This document shows, piece after piece, positions 1 through 8,838 of a DNA stretch of 64,000 bases. Made by a program: the position numbers and the translations under genes. Each line of letters begins with the position of its first letter. Within the stretch, counting starts at the first letter, position 1. The notes beneath the pieces are model-generated. The model was given only the letters and a program-made list of their open reading frames with translations, was not told where the DNA came from and made no database searches. Source of the DNA: a virus; IMG/VR virus record IMGVR_UViG_3300025436_000002, positions 1 to 64,000 of that record; one strand, written 5' to 3'.

Positions 1-101
1 GTGTTGATAATATGTACAGGCTATCTGGGTATTCCAAAAACAGTAACATAGTTAGTTAAAAGTAAGGGAACGGGTTACGTTCCAGAATTAAGGAGAAAAA
101 C

Positions 102-1508
102 ATGAGTTTATTCCAAAATGTATCAGGCGTGATGGGTGCAGATTTCATAGTAGGCGGACCATCGGGGATTATGCTCCGTAAGGTAGCTGGCGGATTTGAA
201 GTTAGAGACAATACGGGTGCTAATTTACAAACATTAACTGCTTCAACTATTAAAACGGATACAGTTATTGGGGCTACCTCCCCAACAGGTACGATCACAG
301 TTGGTACTGTTGGAGCTGGGTCTATTCCTGCTGTAGTTGTTGGACTAGGTTTAGTAGACGGTGTCGATGTATCAGCTCTTGACTTACAAGTACAAATTAT
401 TGACGGTACTATGAGTACTCCAGGTTCCTTCCTATACGCAGATGCTCAAGCTTTATCCCACGCTAATGCCTACTCAGACGGTCTTGCAGTAAATTATGAT
501 CCAGCAGGGTCGGCTAGTACAGCAGAATCTAATGCTAAAGCATACACAGATGCAGTAGCTTCTGGTCTCAACTTGCACGAAGCTGTCAGATTGGCTACTG
601 TCGCAGCCTTACCTGCGGTAACTGCTAGCGGTACGGGGCATACTCATAAATTAACAGCGGATGCCTTTGGCGTTCTGTCTATTGACAATAAGACAGTTGC
701 TTTACATGATAGAGTCTTAGTTAAAAATCAAGTAAATGCAATGAACAACGGTATATATACACTAACTACAGTAGGTGATGAGGATACATACTTCGTATTG
801 ACAAGAGCTGTCGATTTTGACGGAACCGATTTTGACGGAACTCCTTCAAGTGAAGTTAAAGATGGTTCTTTCTTCTTTGTACAAGATGGAGATACCATGT
901 CAGGTGAAGGATTTGTTCAGATCCAGAACAGTCCTGTTATTGAAAGTACTGATATCTTATTCACTCAGTTCTCAAGTGCAGGTAATATAACAGCTGGTAA
1001 TGGTTTAACTAAATCAGGTAATACTATAAACCTAGATATTAACGATATAACAACTACTATCACTGAAATAGCTGACGGAGATATGATCGCTATTGCGGAT
1101 GCCTCTGATTCCAATTTAACTAAGAAAATCACAAAAGCTAACTTAGTTGCAGGTATCGTTTCACAATATGGTGGTTCTAAACACATTCTGTTATCAGTAG
1201 GTACTTCATCTGTTAGTTCAATTGCCGTAATACCAGCAGGGGCTATAGTCAAAAGTGTAACTACTGATATTACTACACCTTACACAAGTGGAACTACTGC
1301 TACTATCCAAGTTATAGTTAATGGTACAGTTGCTACTGAGATCCAAACAACTGCTGAAAATCTCCCATCAGTTGTTAATACTTACTCTTCTAACCAATTT
1401 ACCTCAGTTTCAGCAGGTAATGGTGGTGTTGCTAGAGTAGTGGTCACAGCTGCTACTGGAGGTGCTTCAAAAGTAATGATAGAGTATGTAGAGGCTCCAT
1501 TAGCATAG
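102..1508 (+). CDS. Virion fibre/decoration-type structural protein
   Basis: G/T/A/S/V-rich; VRLATVAAL...DRVLVKNQ...NGIY...LTRAVDFD block typical of phage fibre proteins; AAGGAG RBS; terminator downstream. Confidence 0.6.
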   Translation: MSLFQNVSGVMGADFIVGGPSGIMLRKVAGGFEVRDNTGANLQTLTASTIKTDTVIGATSPTGTITVGTVGAGSIPAVVVGLGLVDGVDVSALDLQVQIIDGTMSTPGSFLYADAQALSHANAYSDGLAVNYDPAGSASTAESNAKAYTDAVASGLNLHEAVRLATVAALPAVTASGTGHTHKLTADAFGVLSIDNKTVALHDRVLVKNQVNAMNNGIYTLTTVGDEDTYFVLTRAVDFDGTDFDGTPSSEVKDGSFFFVQDGDTMSGEGFVQIQNSPVIESTDILFTQFSSAGNITAGNGLTKSGNTINLDINDITTTITEIADGDMIAIADASDSNLTKKITKANLVAGIVSQYGGSKHILLSVGTSSVSSIAVIPAGAIVKSVTTDITTPYTSGTTATIQVIVNGTVATEIQTTAENLPSVVNTYSSNQFTSVSAGNGGVARVVVTAATGGASKVMIEYVEAPLA

Positions 1509-1533
1509 TACACAACCTTAAATAGTTAAGGAG

Positions 1534-1560
1534 AGAAGAGAGCCGAAAGGCTCTCTTCTT
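1534..1560 (+). terminator. Intrinsic terminator-like hairpin
   Basis: AGAAGAGAGCC-GAAA-GGCTCTCTTCT perfect stem with GNRA loop. Confidence 0.75.
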
Positions 1561-1575
1561 GATACATATAGTATA

Positions 1576-1586
1576 TTTATATTATA
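1576..1586 (+). promoter_or_regulatory. Putative phage late promoter motif TTTATATTATA (1 of 18 copies)
   Basis: Recurs before virion genes; see finding. Confidence 0.7.
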
Positions 1587-1620
1587 ACTGTAAGACTATT
1601 AGCATTTAGAGGATTAGTGT

Positions 1621-1980
1621 ATGGATTTAAGCAATGTAGCTCTTCCACAAGTAATGGATTTTATTACTAAAGTAGGTCTTTATTTATTTGTTCCAGCAGG
1701 CTCAGTGTTCATAGTTCTTAATTTTTTTGGAAAAAGAGTATTCAGGTCATTGACGGAGGATATCGTGGGAGATAAGATGTCAGATATGCTAGAGAATCAC
1801 ACTTTGAAATGTAGAAATCAGAGTTTGGAATTTAATGATGGAAGGTATTTATTAGCAAAAGAGTTTCAGATCTATATGAAGTCTCAGATAGAGACTAATG
1901 CTAGGTTAGAGAAGACGAGTGATGAAGTTAGACAACTATGTTCGTTAATACTGGTATCCTTAAATAAAAAAGGAGACTAG
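1621..1980 (+). CDS. Single-TM membrane protein, possibly holin-like
   Basis: N-terminal hydrophobic segment VGLYLFVPAGSVFIVLNFF followed by a helical soluble domain; late motif upstream. Confidence 0.4.
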   Translation: MDLSNVALPQVMDFITKVGLYLFVPAGSVFIVLNFFGKRVFRSLTEDIVGDKMSDMLENHTLKCRNQSLEFNDGRYLLAKEFQIYMKSQIETNARLEKTSDEVRQLCSLILVSLNKKGD

Positions 1981-2023
1981 TTTTTACACCAATCTCACTT
2001 TCTATTAACTGGATATTTAATTT

Positions 2024-2215
2024 TTATTTTATTATAGTTACAGCTTTCCTGAGGAGACTTAGTGCTAATATCTTTAACTCAGGGTCAGTATCTGACTCTG
2101 ACATCACTAAAGTCACATAGGATGTATATAGGCTAGTTAGTAATTCCTCCGTTGATTCCCCAGAGTTGTAGAGTTCAAAAATTAACTCTTCTAGTTTAGT
2201 TTGCTCTTTTAGCAT
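2024..2215 (-). CDS. Hypothetical protein
   Basis: 63 aa, overlaps the end of the upstream minus-strand gene, AGGAG RBS. Confidence 0.55.
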   Translation of the reverse strand: MLKEQTKLEELIFELYNSGESTEELLTSLYTSYVTLVMSESDTDPELKILALSLLRKAVTIIK

Positions 2216-2843
2216 TGTCTATAAGTCTCCTTAATAAAATCCCCTCACTACCCCCCAAGATACTTAGATTATTCCAAGTGTCCTTCTCTTGTCTTTGAAT
2301 GGTAACTCCTTCTACCTCATCTAATATCCTTAGATTATATCCTAACTCCTTGAAGTATTCTAAATACAGTATCCTTTTATCTCTGTTTGAGTTACCTATC
2401 ATCCAATCTGGAGCTTTCTTCCTATATTCTGAAGGTTTCCCCTTCTCACTGATATAATAGTCCCTATATGCTTTTACAGAATCATATTTATTCTTATACT
2501 TATCAGGTAGCATCTGGGGGAACTCTGTCAACTCTCCCTCTGGTACTGGAGATATTATACTGTCTAGGTCTATTGAAGTTCTGTGCGTCTTATTAAATCT
2601 ACCCTCAAAGTTTAATATTAGAGATTTAGCATATAATATTAGCCACTTAAAATTACTATCTGACTGAGAACCCCATTTCATTAAAGGATTGTTACTTCCA
2701 TACCCCCTCTGAGGAGACTCCATATTGTATTTTTTTAAAATACTGCAAAGTGCTGTACACGTATTAACCAAATTAATGCTCAAATGCTTATCTGCTAAGT
2801 AACTTCCCGCTAAATAAGGATCCCTGTCTAAAAAGTAAATCAT
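2196..2843 (-). CDS. Pyrimidine-dimer DNA glycosylase / endonuclease V-like protein
   Basis: MIYFLDRDP...LADKH...NFKWL...FPQMLPDKYK...DSVKAYRDYYI...PDW pattern of the DenV-like phage family. Confidence 0.7.
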   Translation of the reverse strand: MIYFLDRDPYLAGSYLADKHLSINLVNTCTALCSILKKYNMESPQRGYGSNNPLMKWGSQSDSNFKWLILYAKSLILNFEGRFNKTHRTSIDLDSIISPVPEGELTEFPQMLPDKYKNKYDSVKAYRDYYISEKGKPSEYRKKAPDWMIGNSNRDKRILYLEYFKELGYNLRILDEVEGVTIQRQEKDTWNNLSILGGSEGILLRRLIDNAKRAN

Positions 2844-2861
2844 GTTGTTCCTCCTATACCC

Positions 2862-2890
2862 ATTATATCATAAATATTAAGTTTTGTCAA
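2862..2890 (-). promoter_or_regulatory. Sigma70-type promoter for the glycosylase gene
   Basis: Minus strand TTGACA-17 nt-TATAAT with extended TG. Confidence 0.85.
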
Positions 2891-2978
2891 GGTTGTGGCA
2901 TGAAGATATTAGATATTTTATATTATATTTAGATTGCCTCCTACTGGGGGGGGTGACATCTTAAGGAGGATAATGTAA

Positions 2979-3791
2979 ATGACTGAAAATTTCGTTTTAG
3001 CTTCTGGGGGAACCTCAGGTAGGATACATAAGTCAACAGATAATGGAGCTACATGGGACTCTGGAGTTTTGGTAGGTAGTGGTCTACCTTTAAGAGGTAT
3101 GACTCAACTTGCTAACCGTAGTATAGTTTTAATTGGTACTGATGGAAAGCTTTATAAATCTACTGATTATGGTACAACATGGGATGCTGGAGTTAATCTA
3201 CCCAATACAAATACATGTTGTATTCAAGTAATTCAATTAGCTAACGGTGATTTATTGACGTGTACTTCTAATACAGGAAATGTACACAAATCAACAGATA
3301 ATGGCTTAACATGGGACGCAGGGGTTAATGTTGTTGCATTTAATGTTGGTTTATACGGTATTAAGCAATTAATTAATGGAGATATAATTGTAATTGGGAA
3401 TGCTTCTGGAAATGTGTACAAGTCGGTAAACGGTGGAACGACATGGTCTAGTATCGGGAATACTGTTGCAGGAATGACTGGAATAGATCAATTAGCTGAT
3501 GGAACTGTCGTAGCTACTAACTTTAGTGGTGGGAAATTATATAGATCAACAAATAACGGTATTTCATGGACAGGTGGAGCAACTATTGCATATGGGGCGT
3601 ACGCAGTATGTCAAACAGTTAATGGCTCTGTTTTAGCAACTAACCAAATAAGTGGTAAAGTCTATAAATCCATAAATAATGGTGTAACATTTGACGCAGG
3701 AGTTACTGTTAGTAATGCGTTGTACGGAATAGCTAATGTATACCGACCTCCAACTATAATACCTCGAGTGGTAAACTATTGGTCTATCTAA
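2979..3791 (+). CDS. Six-bladed Asp-box (BNR) beta-propeller protein, paralogous to the tail fibre repeats
   Basis: Six S-x-(D/N)-x-G-x-T-W repeats about 42 aa apart; AAGGAGG RBS; late motif at 2917. Confidence 0.8.
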   Translation: MTENFVLASGGTSGRIHKSTDNGATWDSGVLVGSGLPLRGMTQLANRSIVLIGTDGKLYKSTDYGTTWDAGVNLPNTNTCCIQVIQLANGDLLTCTSNTGNVHKSTDNGLTWDAGVNVVAFNVGLYGIKQLINGDIIVIGNASGNVYKSVNGGTTWSSIGNTVAGMTGIDQLADGTVVATNFSGGKLYRSTNNGISWTGGATIAYGAYAVCQTVNGSVLATNQISGKVYKSINNGVTFDAGVTVSNALYGIANVYRPPTIIPRVVNYWSI

Positions 3792-3808
3792 TAATTAATA
3801 CCTAGTAT

Positions 3809-3840
3809 AAAAAGAGAAGTCTAAACAGCTTCTCTTTTTA
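3809..3840 (+). terminator. Intrinsic terminator
   Basis: AAAAGAGAAG...CTTCTCTTTTT. Confidence 0.7.
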
Positions 3841-3864
3841 TATTTTATGTATAGGAGATCTAGT

Positions 3865-4119
3865 ATGAGTATTGAAAAACTGAATAAAATATTAGAAGAT
3901 ATTAATGTTAGAAACAAACCTACTAAGGATTCTTTAGATAAGGCATCTGTTAGTCTGTATAGAAAATCTTTCTACGATTATAGGGATAAGAGGTCTGATA
4001 AGAATAAGTACTATTTAAAAGGGGTTCAGGACGCTCTCATGGTCGCTCTAGGTAAGAGTTCCTTTGATAAAATAAAGAGTAGGGTTAAGAGTGACTATAC
4101 TAAAGATAAGATAGACTGA
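3865..4119 (+). CDS. Small basic late protein, putative internal head protein
   Basis: AGGAG RBS favours ATG at 3865; leader MSIEKLNKILED. Confidence 0.55.
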   Translation: MSIEKLNKILEDINVRNKPTKDSLDKASVSLYRKSFYDYRDKRSDKNKYYLKGVQDALMVALGKSSFDKIKSRVKSDYTKDKID

Positions 4120-4904
4120 TGGTTAAGATAAATGATGTAGATATTCGCTTCAAGTACATATTAGAAAACAAGGAATTCTTCAACGAGGGTATATTCCTTA
4201 ACGAATATGATATCAACGGAACAAGTCGAGTAGACTTTGCATTATTTCGTGAGGGGATCTTCCATGGTTATGAGATTAAAGGGAGTCAAGATACTACTGG
4301 TAGACTTATAAGTCAATTAAAATCATATTTAAAATTTTTTGACTACGTTCACTTGATAATACACCGTAAACATGAGAAGGAAACTTGGGAAATACTAAAT
4401 AAGTATAAATTGACACGAGTCGGGGTTATCATTGTAGATGATTTGGTCAACTTTAGGGTAGTTCGAGAAGCTTCTGGACTTGATAAGAAGATGAGACTTA
4501 ACAGTCTTATGAGAAACCTTAAAAAAGAAGATTTTCAAGAGTTACTGTCGAGTAAAAAGTTAAGTTGTAAGTTTAATTCTAAAGATGCTCTAATGTCTTA
4601 TATTATAGGTAAGGTAACTCTTGATGAAGTAGTGAGTAAATTAGAAAGAAGACTCAAGATATCCTATGCTAAAAGATGTCCTTCTTGTAAAAGTAACTTA
4701 GTATACAAAACTAGATTACTTGAGAAGAGAGTTCAAGAGTTTAAGGAAGTATCTGAGAATAGAAAAAGGTATACTCAGACAGTATATGATTTAGTAGAAG
4801 ATAGTATTGTGAACAAATGTATAGAGTGTAGTAGTTATCATAATAAAAAGTTTGATAAGATTGTGAGTAAGACAATAAGATATAAGAAGGAGTTTGATAT
4901 ATGA
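4119..4904 (+). CDS. PD-(D/E)xK nuclease-like protein of the sce7726 type with C-terminal CxxC pairs
   Basis: SRVDFA...GYEIKGSQDTTGRLISQLKSYLKFFDYV; CPSC and CIEC. Confidence 0.65.
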   Translation: MVKINDVDIRFKYILENKEFFNEGIFLNEYDINGTSRVDFALFREGIFHGYEIKGSQDTTGRLISQLKSYLKFFDYVHLIIHRKHEKETWEILNKYKLTRVGVIIVDDLVNFRVVREASGLDKKMRLNSLMRNLKKEDFQELLSSKKLSCKFNSKDALMSYIIGKVTLDEVVSKLERRLKISYAKRCPSCKSNLVYKTRLLEKRVQEFKEVSENRKRYTQTVYDLVEDSIVNKCIECSSYHNKKFDKIVSKTIRYKKEFDI

Positions 4905-5071
4905 GTGAGCTGGTAGATAGATATTGTGAAACATTCCTAGGTGAAAAAAAGAAGAAGAAAAAGGCTAGAAAGAAAACTAATAGGGAGAAGAGTTTAGGGA
5001 GAAGTCTATTCCCCATGTATAGTTATAGTGATGACGATGATTCAGAGGATGGAGACGATGGAGGAGAGTAA
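4901..5071 (+). CDS. 56-aa protein with a basic middle and acidic tail (not in ORF track)
   Basis: AAGGAG RBS, ATGA overlap; MSELVDRYCETFLGEKKKKKKARKK...DDDDSEDGDDGGE. Confidence 0.65.
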   Translation: MSELVDRYCETFLGEKKKKKKARKKTNREKSLGRSLFPMYSYSDDDDSEDGDDGGE

Positions 5072-5113
5072 TTTTTTATATTATAATTAGATTACTTTAC
5101 GGATAAGAGGACT

Positions 5114-5347
5114 ATGAAAAAAATTCAAGCTATAAAAGATCTATGTACCCAACTTCTTGAGAGTAAGGATACTATCAATATCGCAGGAAGTCCTATAAAC
5201 AAACAAGAGCTTATAGACTGGGTAAGGACTAAACATGAACCTAGGACAATTACTCTAGAGGATGCATTAGATGTCATTAGGAGCAGAGACTTGTTCCAAG
5301 AAGTAAAAAGAATGCTTGTAGATAAAGACACTAGTTTTGATTATTAA
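5114..5347 (+). CDS. Small late protein, putative internal head protein
   Basis: Late motif at 5075; leader MKKIQAIKDLCTQLLES. Confidence 0.6.
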   Translation: MKKIQAIKDLCTQLLESKDTINIAGSPINKQELIDWVRTKHEPRTITLEDALDVIRSRDLFQEVKRMLVDKDTSFDY

Positions 5348-5365
5348 CAAAAGAAAGGTAATAGT

Positions 5366-5902
5366 ATGAATACTCATGAATTCATGGACAAGTTGCAGAA
5401 GATTAAGACTCAAGCTAATTTAAGAGAAGACAAACTTAGGGAGTCTAAAGAACATCCAGATAATAAGAAAGAGGTAGATACTGATAAGAAGAAAGTTCTT
5501 AAAAAGAATCCTATCAAAAAAACTAATATAGATGATAAACAGGGGACACCTACCGCTAAAAAAGGCATGGACTTTAAACCTAAATGTAACGTATCTAAAT
5601 TTGAAGCTAAGAAAGAAGCTCCTAAAAAGATTAATAAGAACGAAAGTATATTCGTTCTTGCAGGTATTGAGACTTTATTAGGAGATGCTGGTAAAGTTGA
5701 AGGTGCTAACACGGCTTTAAACATGATCAAGAAGTTTCAAGGTGGGAAACTTGATCCAGCTGTGGAAGAGTTTATTAACCTTTTCCAAAAATCACTTACC
5801 AGAACTCCTGAAAAAGGAGATAAGGGTAAGGATGCTGCTGAAACTTCTAAATCTAAAGTAATGAAAGCTCCTAAAGCAGATAATACAGATGTAAAACTTT
5901 AA
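5366..5902 (+). CDS. Lys-rich late protein, putative internal head protein
   Basis: K-rich low complexity, LRE/NES sites, terminator downstream. Confidence 0.55.
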   Translation: MNTHEFMDKLQKIKTQANLREDKLRESKEHPDNKKEVDTDKKKVLKKNPIKKTNIDDKQGTPTAKKGMDFKPKCNVSKFEAKKEAPKKINKNESIFVLAGIETLLGDAGKVEGANTALNMIKKFQGGKLDPAVEEFINLFQKSLTRTPEKGDKGKDAAETSKSKVMKAPKADNTDVKL

Positions 5903-5928
5903 TACAAAATTCACTGTTACTATTACTG

Positions 5929-5968
5929 CCCTCTTTCCGCCTAAGGGTTTAAAGAGGGTTTCTTTTTT
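5929..5968 (+). terminator. Intrinsic terminator
   Basis: CCCTCTTT...AAAGAGGG followed by a T-tract. Confidence 0.7.
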
Positions 5969-5988
5969 ATAGAACTAAAGGTGTGTGG

Positions 5989-6405
5989 ATGACTCTTAAA
6001 GACTTGAAAAACATATTAACTATCCTAGAAGATTACTCAGAAGGTGTCGAGACTATAGAATCGGAAGAACCTTTAAAAAAGAGTATAGATATTCATGATA
6101 TTATCAGGGTGTTAGAGAGATTTAAAAAAGATAAGACATTTAAAAAAGTATACAGGACATGTTTTGATTTTGACAGAAGTGGGAATTCCATATCCCTGAT
6201 TTTTAAAGTAAGTAGTATTAAAAAATCAGTATCTTTGGATGATATTTTAGAATCAGAGTTTGTAACTGATTTATTTAAAGAGTTAAAAGATAATAATGTC
6301 AGTAATTATCTCGTTAAGAGATTAAGCAATAGAGGTAACTACAAGTTACACCTACACGGTGATTTAGGGGTTTATCAAACTCCTTATTTCAAAGTTACTC
6401 TCTAG
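5989..6405 (+). CDS. Hypothetical protein
   Basis: ORF with leader MTLKDLKNILTILED; start uncertain (5983 or 5989). Confidence 0.55.
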   Translation: MTLKDLKNILTILEDYSEGVETIESEEPLKKSIDIHDIIRVLERFKKDKTFKKVYRTCFDFDRSGNSISLIFKVSSIKKSVSLDDILESEFVTDLFKELKDNNVSNYLVKRLSNRGNYKLHLHGDLGVYQTPYFKVTL

Positions 6406-6412
6406 TTTCCAC

Positions 6413-6475
6413 AGTAATACTAATAATAATAACCATAATAGTTGTAATAATATTTATCGTAGTATAAATGTTAGT
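6413..6475 (+). repeat. 63-bp direct repeat, copy 1
   Basis: Identical to 6972-7034 (AGTAATACTAATAATAATAACC...ATAAATGTTAGT). Confidence 0.95.
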
Positions 6476-6579
6476 ACCCTAGAAAAAACGAATACCCATG
6501 TATATACTAGTCTTTCTTATTATATATATATTAACATGAGGGAATACCTAGAAACTTTAAATAAAAATATGAATAGGCC

Positions 6580-6608
6580 TTGACAATGGGTAAATAGTAT
6601 GCTATACT
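6580..6608 (+). promoter_or_regulatory. Sigma70-type promoter
   Basis: TTGACA-17 nt-TATACT with extended TG. Confidence 0.85.
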
Positions 6609-6614
6609 GAATAT

Positions 6615-7180
6615 AGGTTACTTTAAATTGTTGACGAACTTCTTAAAGTAATTCAAGTTAACGCAAAGCAGGGTGAAATCAACTTAGCGAGGGATGCTTT
6701 TAAATTCCCACTCCTATAAAGGCTCGTCAGTCAGAATAGTCCCCTTCTCCAATGGACTTGACTCACGACTACTGGACGGAGACCCTAGTCCTTAAAAAAG
6801 ACTGAAAAATCCTCCTAAGAATACCACATAGGTGGGGATATGACGAGGCGACTCTTGAGAATGTGTCCCCTGAGAAGGAATTACTATCGGTGCAAGTACA
6901 TAGTAAGATGGGGCATAACGCTACCCTCAAGTTATAAATTTGAAATTAATATGAATATGAAGCTGAAAACTAGTAATACTAATAATAATAACCATAATAG
7001 TTGTAATAATATTTATCGTAGTATAAATGTTAGTTCAACACTCCCTGATTTAAGGGAGAACATTCCCCGAATGGGTGTCAAGTCAAGTAGTCAGTGCCAA
7101 GTACGAGAAGCCGTCTCACTAGAGGCGTTGGAAACGAGAAGATTAAGTCTGATTACCTCCAAATTCAAAAGATATCTGAG
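6615..7180 (+). ncRNA. Candidate large structured ncRNA or leader RNA (family unrecognised)
   Basis: Follows a consensus promoter; no credible ORF; more GC-rich than flanks; many nested inverted repeats; ends approximate. Confidence 0.55.
6972..7034 (+). repeat. 63-bp direct repeat, copy 2
   Basis: Identical to 6413-6475. Confidence 0.95.
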
Positions 7181-7192
7181 AGAGGGTTTAGG

Positions 7193-7891
7193 ATGCTAAA
7201 AGATTTTATAAAATTATACTTAAAGTCTATTCCTATATCCAAGATACGTAGAGATTCTGACATAAACTTTAGAACATTCTCTTTAAAGACAGGAAGGTTA
7301 CAAGTAACCCTTGTTAATACTCAACTCAGACTCGAGGAAATATATCCTAGGAAGGAACTATATCCCTTTACGGAAAGACATCCAGAATTTCTAATGATTC
7401 CAATAGCTACGTGTACTCAGAAGATAGTAGGGTTTATACTCAGAGGCGTTTCATTTAAGGAATATAGAATTATCTTCGAACCTAAAAAACCTTCCCCACT
7501 GTTCGGATGGGAGGACTTTAAGGACTATCAATCAGAATATCCAATAGTTCTATGTGAGGGGGTCAAGGATGCAATATACCTAAAACAACACTATAAGTAT
7601 GTACTATCCCTGAACACTTCTAGTATTTCGACAGCGAACATGGAAATCCTGAAAAGAATGACAAATAAGGTAATACTATCATATGATAATGATGAGACGG
7701 GCTTAAGGATGTCAAAATTGGACTCCAAGAGTTTGGACGAGAACGGCATATCATGTAGAATAGTAAAACCTAATCATAAAGATTGTGCTGAGTATTTAGA
7801 GAATAGTTATGGAGAGTTAGACTATCTGAGTATACTAGATTCTTCATTAAAATTGTTAGGGGGAGATGGCTGTGGAATTATTAAAAAATGA
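7193..7891 (+). CDS. Toprim-domain DNA primase-like protein
   Basis: LFGW...IVLCEGVKDAI...ILSYDNDETG...KD Toprim motifs; purine-rich RBS favours ATG 7193; no N-terminal zinc-binding domain. Confidence 0.75.
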   Translation: MLKDFIKLYLKSIPISKIRRDSDINFRTFSLKTGRLQVTLVNTQLRLEEIYPRKELYPFTERHPEFLMIPIATCTQKIVGFILRGVSFKEYRIIFEPKKPSPLFGWEDFKDYQSEYPIVLCEGVKDAIYLKQHYKYVLSLNTSSISTANMEILKRMTNKVILSYDNDETGLRMSKLDSKSLDENGISCRIVKPNHKDCAEYLENSYGELDYLSILDSSLKLLGGDGCGIIKK

Positions 7892-8828
7892 CTTTTTAAA
7901 AGGAGATGTCTATATCTTAGCTTTACAAGACTTGGACATGTTTTTTGAAAAGTACTACCCTTACAAAATGACAAATGCGGGAGTGTCTTCATTTTTAAAA
8001 GCATTGAAAATACCCGAAACATATTTCTTAAAACAACCTGACGAGACTAGAATGGAGCTTTTAGTAAATCAAAAAAACTCTATGACTTGTAATAAGGATT
8101 TAATACTCCTAGTCCGCAATGATATAGTTGAATATGTATCTTTAGGAGATAGGACTTCTATACTAGACTCCATTGATAGATCAAATATTAACGAGGATTG
8201 GATGTTCTTGGAAGAGGACTTAAAATCTGGATACATTAGATATTTTATGTTTTCAGAAAAGTTTGATGATGTTGATAAACTAATAGAGGGTAAAAGTTAC
8301 CTAGGTTTGTTCATAGATTACCCCGTCTTATTCTCAAAACCTATGATCATAAATGCAGGATTCTACAAAGCAACCTCTGAATTAAATGAAGACGGACTAC
8401 CGATAGAGTTAATTATTCCAGATACTCAAATTAAGCTTAAAGCTAAGGAACTCCCTGAAACAGTCAATAACCGTTACCTCCAAGATATACTTGAAGCCAT
8501 TAAGAAGACTAATCTTGATACTCTAATAGGCACTCTTGAAGGAATTACAACAGACTCAACATCATGTATAGAATCTCTACTCCTATTCGAAAAAGATAAG
8601 ACTTTAAATAGAAGTATCTCTAAGAAAGTTAGAAAGTACATAGACAAAGAGGAACTAAATATAGATAACATGTCTGAACTCTCCGAGATACTAGTATCCT
8701 TTATAAATACACTAACAAGTTACTCTTCAAAAGTTAAATTCAAGAGAGATATTCTATTTAGTATTTTAAAGTTTACCAATAAATTACCTGTTATTACATA
8801 TGTTCAAGATTTTATAGAAGTATATTAG
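7866..8828 (+). CDS. Hypothetical protein (weak DUF932-like N-terminus)
   Basis: 320 aa; LKIPETYFLKQP...LILLVRND loosely recalls DUF932 proteins. Confidence 0.45.
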   Translation: MAVELLKNDFLKGDVYILALQDLDMFFEKYYPYKMTNAGVSSFLKALKIPETYFLKQPDETRMELLVNQKNSMTCNKDLILLVRNDIVEYVSLGDRTSILDSIDRSNINEDWMFLEEDLKSGYIRYFMFSEKFDDVDKLIEGKSYLGLFIDYPVLFSKPMIINAGFYKATSELNEDGLPIELIIPDTQIKLKAKELPETVNNRYLQDILEAIKKTNLDTLIGTLEGITTDSTSCIESLLLFEKDKTLNRSISKKVRKYIDKEELNIDNMSELSEILVSFINTLTSYSSKVKFKRDILFSILKFTNKLPVITYVQDFIEVY

Positions 8829-8838
8829 GAGATTAGTT

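Noticed and set aside
1-59. Possible 3' end of an upstream gene
   Set aside because: Only 18 codons visible; cannot be supported
6413-7034. DGR template/variable repeat or CRISPR interpretation of the 63-bp repeat
   Set aside because: Copies are identical (no A-specific changes), there are only two, 559 bp apart, and no reverse transcriptase or cas gene is in the window
6615-7180. tmRNA, RNase P, tRNA or a complete group I intron
   Set aside because: No tRNA-like ends, no RNase P signature, too little room for P4-P6 and no interrupted exon pair
6840-7199. 119-aa ORF and the upstream extension of the Toprim ORF (7094)
   Set aside because: No good RBS, atypical composition, runs through hairpins and the repeat; better explained as non-coding
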